11,634 bases of DNA from Abditibacteriaceae bacterium (GTDB lineage: Bacteria; Armatimonadota; Abditibacteriia; Abditibacteriales; Abditibacteriaceae), in assembly GCA_031425655.1 (NCBI GenBank), contig JANPJS010000062.1, forward strand, positions 1 to 11,634. The letters are read 5' to 3'. Below, one piece after another: positions 7,301 to 11,634 of this stretch. How positions within the stretch are numbered: position 1 is the stretch's first letter; each line of letters starts with the position of its first letter. The translations under genes were made by a program, and so were the position numbers. The notes under the pieces are model-generated. The model made no database searches. It was given only the letters and a program-made list of their open reading frames with translations, and was not told the DNA's origin.

Positions 7301-7832
7301 CTTTGGCAACGCCTCGTTTTTGAGACTTGGCGCTTTTCAGCAAAATCTGAATGTCGCCAGCGGCACTTCCGAGACATTGACGGACGTTCAATTTCGTGCT
7401 TTGCGTGTCCGCTACGAGGGAGTGTTGAGCAACTCCACAACATTCTTTGTCAACACTGATTTCAACGATGCCAAAGGAACTATTGATTTTACGGATTTCG
7501 GATTTGGAATTGATACCAACTACCGCCTGACGCGGGTGCCGAAGTTCGCCGCTGAAATTGGAGTTCAATATCTCGCGCCGTCCGGCTGGTTCGCCCGCCC
7601 GTCGTTCGCCTACGCCGGCTCTCGCTTGCAGCCATTTGTGGGCACACCGCGCGACCGTCTGGCAGGCTTTGGTTTGGTGAATTTTCAAGTCGGCAAGCGG
7701 TCGGGGTTGCGCTCGACATTGTTTGTAGAAGTCACTAACCTGTTCAACAAGAGTTACTTGGGCAACGCCGGCTTTTTAGGCGAAGTCAAGCCGGGACGCC
7801 AATTTCGCTTTGGCGCCGCGCGGCGCTTCTGA
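4317..7832 (+). CDS. Outer-membrane receptor-like protein: signal peptide, FecR domain, long TPR array, C-terminal TonB-receptor-like beta-barrel (NsrA-like architecture)
   Basis: Sec signal peptide ending ALA (aa 1-25). FecR motifs IRSGPKGKATLTFNDGT, AVTGTEY and LTVVEGGVRL. Many ~34-aa repeats (A-x-x-L-x-P...A...LG) over about aa 215-625. Amphipathic beta strands follow, with VTNLFNKSY near the end and a terminal Phe. ATGA overlap with the cyclase stop and a GGAGG RBS at 4302-4306. Confidence 0.88.
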   Translation: MKPLRFSHSVLLFGAAFALLTPALARPVGKIRSVQPLVEARRGAAPWQPVKDRFSMEAGQVIRSGPKGKATLTFNDGTEVVMNSKAQVAIEGEGNATQPLALRVVGSLSMIFVRAKGPMEIRTAAGVAAVTGTEYIISLLDDNTTQLTVVEGGVRLFNAQGSVLVAANQQSTAKVGEKPSTPVAVDTSGLMQWTFDVAGLPVEFETPLTAGSPGMRALAAGDFAAADTELTEAARLAPADAAILTALGTARRQRGDANGAITAFQEAIRLAPANDAPRLGLALSELARNDIGTAREALQNAPDTALIHAARGLVALRANDTTTATQALETAIQREPNTFQAHALLALTRLSQNQNAQAMMAGRRAVEIAPQSAQAQASLALALFYSGQTSEAVQAATRAVRLNPNSPFALLAQGEALLARHDSDGAKRAFMQAEALAPNLPLIHLDLGAAYTRLDLPVRAEKAFRRALQLVPNSAAAHTGLGAVLQGTGRWDAALPELQRALELEPDNAVARGNLAAYYIEMGDFSKAEAGLTAKFADDPANGLLYIRLSEASLFKQRLFKAQEYALKAVRLLPGSAQAHYQLGRVYRELDRIVQAEQAFRQAVILDNQFAAARFALGLAQEAAQSSTNLNRSAIASQQSGPRQALNIQNLQTPGAQERIQAAIQDPSVLRSASRSFGDTQIEGSLGEGGVNSFDLSHLRAINNRRGAFGVTLGRFHTDGVRAGADLTQEKAGVNWGSKQQDSASGFFALAQFERNRFGDNTDPTPLPPDVVFRHNKQLPLALVGFNRQTAERQRTRGLLQFDSPKQDSTTITGNFLNTKGRSVHGEVRHDLLIGEKHSLSAGLSLGNRRFDLDTFFKQPPGLPFPDFQSTGSQRVQTTQIYIRDEARLTPKLTAMAEIKVERLGNRNSSLITSPPGFPPRSSDATQTVGLPNFVATYQLAPASTVRLRARGLFGTVEDFSLLAPTDVFLFGLDGVPDLAIGARGRSYEAEFSHTFGNASFLRLGAFQQNLNVASGTSETLTDVQFRALRVRYEGVLSNSTTFFVNTDFNDAKGTIDFTDFGFGIDTNYRLTRVPKFAAEIGVQYLAPSGWFARPSFAYAGSRLQPFVGTPRDRLAGFGLVNFQVGKRSGLRSTLFVEVTNLFNKSYLGNAGFLGEVKPGRQFRFGAARRF

Positions 7833-7862
7833 AGTCGTAAATCGCGCATTTGCGACATTTAA

Positions 7863-8107
7863 GACTTAACTTACGCGGTAGGATCATGGTAAGCAGTGTG
7901 AAGAGCGGCTTCGCCGCTCGTGAAACCCCCAACCCCCTTGGTAAGGGGGCTATGTTATGACGCTGTTGAAAAAGAATAACGTAATTGGAGCGAAGAAGCT
8001 TCGTAGTTTAGCCCCCTTACCAAGGGGGTTGGGGGTTTCACGAGCGACGAAGTCGCTCTTCGCAGCGCCTACCATAATCTATTGCGTAAGGTGAGGACTT
8101 AACTTAC
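7863..8107. mobile_element. Long imperfect inverted repeat (~88-bp arms, 56-nt spacer) bounded by a 12-bp direct repeat; MITE-like
   Basis: Arms are 7864-7952 and 8009-8096, with the inner ~38 bp perfectly complementary. GACTTAACTTAC occurs at 7863-7874 and 8096-8107. Each arm has its own hairpins (GAGCGGC-TTC-GCCGCTC; CCCCCTT-GGT-AAGGGGG). Confidence 0.7.
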
Positions 8108-8110
8108 CCA

Positions 8111-8147
8111 TGCGGAAATTCCGCAAAATCAAGACGGTAAAAAGGAG
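8111..8147 (+). promoter_or_regulatory. 7-1-7 palindrome (candidate operator) and ribosome-binding site of the 237-aa ORF
   Basis: TGCGGAA-A-TTCCGCA at 8111-8125. AAGGAG at 8142-8147, 6 nt before the ATG at 8154. Confidence 0.45.
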
Positions 8148-8153
8148 ACAGTC

Positions 8154-8867
8154 ATGCCGAAAATCGAAGGGAACATCAAGGGCGCTATAGGCGCGGGCGA
8201 CGAGGTCATCGTCAGCTTGCGTGAAACGCCGGAGGGCGAGGACATTGCCTCAGCCATCCTCAGTGGGCCGGGTTCGTTTTCACTGGAAGCACCGGGCAAC
8301 GGCAAGTATTTCGTCTGCGCCGACGAGGCCATTGACGAGTGGGCATTCGCCGAAAACTCCATTGCTATAGACGCTACAAACGGCGGCACACAGAGCGTCA
8401 CTTTTGAGGCCGTTCAGTTGATCCCGGCGCATACGGTCGTGAATGACGAAGTTGATCGGCAGTTCGTGATTCATCTTCTGGAAGCCTGTCTGCAAAACGC
8501 CGATAAAATGATGGACGAGCGGGGCGTGCAGGAAGGCCGCCGCTTCATCCGCAATACGATTATGGAGGCACTCAGGAAGGACGCGGACGCGCCCGACGGC
8601 CCGCAAGCGCAGGATATGCAGGGCATCGCTCCTCAGCAACAGCAACAGTGGCGCGACACAGGCGAGTTCGCTGAAGTCACACTGGCAGACGAAAAAGTGC
8701 AGCCACTGGACGAATGGATGCTGCTGCCGACCGGCGAGCGTTTCGTCCGTCCGCTGTTCATGATTCTCTGCACCGTGTGCTATAACCGCTACAATACGCC
8801 GGGCACAATGTATTACAAGAACGCAACGGCGCTTAACACCTGCCTTTACAGCCCGCCTTGCACATAG
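8154..8867 (+). CDS. Hypothetical protein: acidic beta-rich N-terminus, helical middle, C-terminal four-Cys tail
   Basis: Strong RBS, protein-like composition, occupies the gap between known genes and is followed by a terminator hairpin. No family recognised. Confidence 0.8.
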   Translation: MPKIEGNIKGAIGAGDEVIVSLRETPEGEDIASAILSGPGSFSLEAPGNGKYFVCADEAIDEWAFAENSIAIDATNGGTQSVTFEAVQLIPAHTVVNDEVDRQFVIHLLEACLQNADKMMDERGVQEGRRFIRNTIMEALRKDADAPDGPQAQDMQGIAPQQQQQWRDTGEFAEVTLADEKVQPLDEWMLLPTGERFVRPLFMILCTVCYNRYNTPGTMYYKNATALNTCLYSPPCT

Positions 8868-8889
8868 TCCGCAACAGAGAACAAACGAA

Positions 8890-8929
8890 AACGCGGCCCT
8901 TTCCACGAAGGAAAGGGCCGCGTTGTTTT
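8890..8929. terminator. Intrinsic terminator, probably bidirectional, between convergent genes
   Basis: Perfect 15-bp stem AACGCGGCCCTTTCC (8890-8904) / GGAAAGGGCCGCGTT (8910-8924) with a 5-nt loop. T-rich on the right and A-rich on the left. Confidence 0.8.
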
Positions 8930-8950
8930 GTGTGCCGGAGCGTTTGGGAT

Positions 8951-10099
8951 TTACCACTCGGCGACGGAGCCATCTTCGTTGCGCCAGACTGGATTGCGCC
9001 AGTCGTGGCCGATTTTGGCGGCTTCACGCACTTTTTCTTCGTTGATTTCGATGCCCAGTCCCGGCGCCATCAGGCGCTGGACGAAGCCGTTTTCGTAGTG
9101 AAAAATCGTCGGATCGGCTAAATAATCCAGCACATCACTGCCCTGATTATAGTGAATTCCCAAACTTTGCTCTTGAATAAACGCATTCGGCGTGCAGAAA
9201 TCCACTTGCAGCGAGGCCGCGAGAGTAATCGGGCCAAGAGGACAATGCGGCGCGACCGCTACGTCGTAGGCTTCGGCCATCGCGGCGATTTTGCGAAGCT
9301 CCCAGATGCCGCCGCAATGACTCACGTCCGGCTGCAAAATATCCACGCCGCCGCCTTGCAAAATCGCCTTGAACGCCGCGCGTCCGAACATTCGTTCGCC
9401 GGTCGCCATCGGCGTGGCGGTATGCCGTGAAATCTCGATCAGTGCTTCGTTGTTTTCGGGCAATACGGCTTCTTCGATGAACATTGGCTGAAACTGCTCC
9501 AATTCTTTGACGAGCATTTTCGCCGTGCCGCGATGCACACGCCCGTGAAAATCAATGCCGATGCCGACATTCGAGCCGACGGCATCGCGCACCGCGCCAA
9601 TGCGCGCCACGGCTTCTTCGATTTTGGCGGGCGTGTCAATCCAATCCATGTTGGCGGTGCCGTTCATCTTGACGGCGGTGTAGCCGGCGGCGACTTTTTC
9701 CTGCGCTTGCGCGGCGCATTCGCCGGGCGCATCGCCGCCAATCCAAGCATAAACGCGCATTTTGTCGCGCACCGGGCCGCCCATTAAATCGTAAATCGGA
9801 ACACCGAGCGCCTTGCCTTTGATGTCCCAGAGCGCCTGTTCGATGCCGGAAATCGCGCTCATCAAAACCGGGCCGCCGCGATAAAATCCGCCGCGATAAA
9901 GCACCTGATACAGGTCTTCGATGTGTCCGGCGGGCTTGCCGATGAGGTATTCGGAAAGTTCTCGCACACAGGCGGCGACGGTGTCGGCGCGCCCTTCGAC
10001 AATAGGCTCGCCCCAGCCGCAAATGCCGTCGTCGGTCGTGATTTTCAAAAACAACCAGCGCGGCGGGACTTTAAACAGTTCGAGTTGTGAAATTTTCAT
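8951..10099 (-). CDS. dgoD: D-galactonate dehydratase (mandelate racemase/enolase superfamily)
   Basis: MKI...FKVPPRWLFLKITTDDGICGWGEP, YRGGFYRGGPVLMSAISGIEQALWDIKGK, AVKMNG, IDFHGRVH, FIEE, ATGER, APHCPLGPI, IQEQSLGIHYN and the C-terminal WRNPVWR..DGSVAEW. The ATG at 10099 gives 382 aa and is preferred over the TTG at 10108. Confidence 0.96.
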   Translation of the reverse strand: MKISQLELFKVPPRWLFLKITTDDGICGWGEPIVEGRADTVAACVRELSEYLIGKPAGHIEDLYQVLYRGGFYRGGPVLMSAISGIEQALWDIKGKALGVPIYDLMGGPVRDKMRVYAWIGGDAPGECAAQAQEKVAAGYTAVKMNGTANMDWIDTPAKIEEAVARIGAVRDAVGSNVGIGIDFHGRVHRGTAKMLVKELEQFQPMFIEEAVLPENNEALIEISRHTATPMATGERMFGRAAFKAILQGGGVDILQPDVSHCGGIWELRKIAAMAEAYDVAVAPHCPLGPITLAASLQVDFCTPNAFIQEQSLGIHYNQGSDVLDYLADPTIFHYENGFVQRLMAPGLGIEINEEKVREAAKIGHDWRNPVWRNEDGSVAEW

Positions 10100-10160
10100 G
10101 GGATTCAAGAGCTTCGTGGTCCTTCAGAATTCTTAGAGATAGTCTGAAAAGTGGCGGAGA

Positions 10161-10291
10161 CTCCCTTCCCCTTTGCCGTATCAAGGGGAAGGGTTGGCGG
10201 GCGCCCTCTGGGCAGGGGGTTTGGCTTTTCCAGAACCCCACCCTAACCCTCCCTCCTGCCCAGAGGGCACCCGACGGCAAGGGGAGGGGAC
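10161..10291. repeat. Composite inverted pair of C-rich/G-rich hairpin repeats, each carrying an embedded 18-nt motif
   Basis: Perfect 11-bp stem CCCTTCCCCTT/AAGGGGAAGGG (10163-10173/10183-10193). The right half AACCCCACCCTAACCCTCCC...ACGGCAAGGGGAGGGGA is an imperfect inverted copy and resembles 112-143. The 18-mer is at 10199-10216 (reverse) and 10255-10272. Confidence 0.75.
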
Positions 10292-10305
10292 TTCTCAGAC
10301 AAATC

Positions 10306-10839
10306 TTACGGGGATGCCGCAGGCTTTTGTGTCGTCACGCCGCTGATGCGCCAAGCGCCATTTTCCAATTCGAGATGAAAAACCGCGTCAACGGTGACGC
10401 CGTCGGTGCCCGTGACGCGGACGCCGGCGTTCGACTTTTGATGCCACGGATAAGTGTTGACATCGGTGTTGACAAAGGTGAATTTCAGGGTCTTCAAGCC
10501 CATGAAGCGCGACTGCGAAGCCTGCATCACGGCGCGCAACGAACCCGGTTCGGCGAATCGGCGGCGCAATCGGTGGTTGAAAAATGCGGTCGCGGCAGCA
10601 TAATCGCCGCGTTTTATAGCTGCCAAATGACCTCGCACCGTCGTGGCAACCGCGAGGCGCAGCGAGGAATGCGCTGCGTCGAAGTCAATGAGGAACGGTG
10701 CAAGTTTGGCCTGCTCGGCAGCTTGCGCGGCGCGCATCCGTGCGCGATAGCCTTCCAATTGCCAGAGCAAGCCGCCCGCGCTGATGAGAACTATGCCCAG
10801 CGCCGGCGCGATTTTTCCAAAAAACAATTGTTGATTCAT
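10306..10839 (-). CDS. Membrane-anchored DUF4864-like (NTF2-like fold) protein, paralog 2
   Basis: Probable start MNQQLFFGK at ATG 10839 (177 aa), which avoids the overlap with the upstream paralog. N-terminal hydrophobic helix, then HLAAIKRGDYAAA...LRRRF and GTDG..VDAVFHLELENGAWRISGV, which align with the neighbouring gene. Confidence 0.72.
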   Translation of the reverse strand: MNQQLFFGKIAPALGIVLISAGGLLWQLEGYRARMRAAQAAEQAKLAPFLIDFDAAHSSLRLAVATTVRGHLAAIKRGDYAAATAFFNHRLRRRFAEPGSLRAVMQASQSRFMGLKTLKFTFVNTDVNTYPWHQKSNAGVRVTGTDGVTVDAVFHLELENGAWRISGVTTQKPAASP

Positions 10840-10889
10840 GTGTTTCAGTTGTCGCCAGTCTACCGCAGAGCGCGGTTTTTTTGCGCGCC

Positions 10890-11462
10890 CTACGCGGTGA
10901 CTTGACCTTTGGATTGCGGGGCGCGCGGCGGAGTTGCATGACCGCCGGACACACCCGAAACGCGCCACAAACCGTCTTCTAAAATCATCTGGTAATCGGC
11001 GCTGGCCGCTTTGCCGTCGCTGCCGATGAGATTGACCGAAACCTTCGCTAACTTGCCTGTCTCATCCGCTTGAACCGGGCTGAACTTCGCGCTTTTATAA
11101 TGGGCGAATTGCGGATAGCCATTTTGAATCATCGCGCGAAAATCGTTAGTCGAAGCAAAATTGCGGCGTAGTCGCGCGCTTTGATACTTCGTCGCGGTTT
11201 GGTAATCGTCGCGTTTGAAGGCGTCAAGTTGCGCCGTAATCGAAGCGACGACAGCTTTGACTTCGGTCGCAGTCGCTTTGCGCCATTGAATCGGCGGCGC
11301 GGGCGCATCCTCCCGATTCATCAGCGCCTGACTGCGCCGATACTCCAGCACTTGCCAGCCGAGCGCACCTAAGCTGACAATCAGCACCAGAAAAACCAGC
11401 ACGAATTTGCGCGCATCAAGCGAACGTGGCGGCTTGGGCGAAGAGGGAGAAGAGGTTTCCAT
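10890..11462 (-). CDS. Membrane-anchored DUF4864-like (NTF2-like fold) protein, paralog 1
   Basis: TM helix FVLVFLVLIVSLGALGW. The segments ITAQLDAFKRDDYQTA, NFASTNDFRAMIQNGYPQF and GSDG...ADYQMILEDGLWRVSGV match the DUF4864 pattern as I recall it. Confidence 0.8.
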   Translation of the reverse strand: METSSPSSPKPPRSLDARKFVLVFLVLIVSLGALGWQVLEYRRSQALMNREDAPAPPIQWRKATATEVKAVVASITAQLDAFKRDDYQTATKYQSARLRRNFASTNDFRAMIQNGYPQFAHYKSAKFSPVQADETGKLAKVSVNLIGSDGKAASADYQMILEDGLWRVSGVSGGHATPPRAPQSKGQVTA

Positions 11463-11521
11463 GCTCGCAGTTTACGTTTTCGGGCATGGAAATACCCGGC
11501 AGGGAAGCCTTACGGCTCAGC

Positions 11522-11539
11522 CCTGCCTAAAGGGCGCCC
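11522..11539 (+). repeat. Degenerate copy of the 18-nt CCTGCCCAGAGGGCRCCC motif
   Basis: CCTGCCTAAAGGGCGCCC differs at two positions from the reverse complement of 10199-10216. Confidence 0.6.
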
Positions 11540-11595
11540 GTCTGGACGCACCTTGACTCAGAGTGCCGAACCGGGGCAAACGCATTGCTCTGTCA

Positions 11596-11634
11596 CCCCG
11601 ATTGAAATCGGGGTCTACGCATACAAAGTCCGCC
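11596..11634. repeat. Third REP-like palindrome, probably the left half of another inverted pair cut by the window edge
   Basis: CCCCGATTGAAATCGGGGTCTAC reads GTAG-A-CCCCGATTTCAATCGGGG on the minus strand. It aligns with 2088-2123 through AAGTCC. Confidence 0.8.

Noticed and set aside
6903..7688. 261-aa antisense ORF inside the receptor gene
   Set aside because: Fully overlaps a well-supported CDS, has no recognisable motifs, and is typical of shadow frames in GC-rich DNA.
7860..8110. Possible CRISPR array, tRNA or riboswitch among the intergenic repeats
   Set aside because: The repeats are inverted rather than regularly spaced direct repeats. No cas genes, cloverleaf or recognisable riboswitch consensus was seen.
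8280..8957. 225-aa minus-strand ORF as an alternative to 8154-8867
   Set aside because: Crosses the terminator hairpin. The plus-strand ORF has the RBS and the more protein-like composition.
10862..10882. ACCGC/GCGGT stem followed by a T run between the DUF4864-like genes
   Set aside because: Only a 5-bp stem, and the T tract is oriented antisense to the genes; too weak to call a terminator.
10087..10905. 272-aa plus-strand ORF
   Set aside because: Runs through a palindromic repeat and antisense to the DUF4864-like gene; Arg-rich with no family motifs.
10840..10968. 43-aa N-terminal extension of DUF4864-like paralog 2 in the ORF track
   Set aside because: Overlaps the upstream paralog by 79 nt. 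The ATG at 10839 gives an N-terminus comparable to the paralog.

Overview
GC-rich bacterial chromosomal window with nine credible CDSs. In order: a divergent LexA-family repressor (+), a cyclophilin PPIase (-), a NUDIX hydrolase (+), a translationally coupled pair of CHASE2-membrane class III nucleotide cyclase and signal peptide-FecR-TPR-outer-membrane beta-barrel protein (+), an unrecognised 237-aa protein with a Cys-rich tail (+), galactonate dehydratase dgoD (-), and two tandem membrane-anchored DUF4864-like paralogs (-). The main highlight is the cyclase/receptor pair. It has the architecture of the Sinorhizobium CyaK/NsrA trans-envelope signalling module, but its substrate-specifying residues are Asp/Gly instead of the adenylate-cyclase Lys/Thr(Asp), which suggests cGMP or another non-cAMP product. 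The second highlight is that most intergenic gaps hold structured palindromic repeats from several families: GTAG-type REP-like units, long inverted repeats, and MITE-like elements. An 18-nt motif (CCTGCCCAGAGGGCRCCC) occurs four times, three of them embedded inside two unrelated host repeats. No rRNA, tRNA, CRISPR array or transposase was seen. All family assignments are from motif recognition by eye, not database searches.
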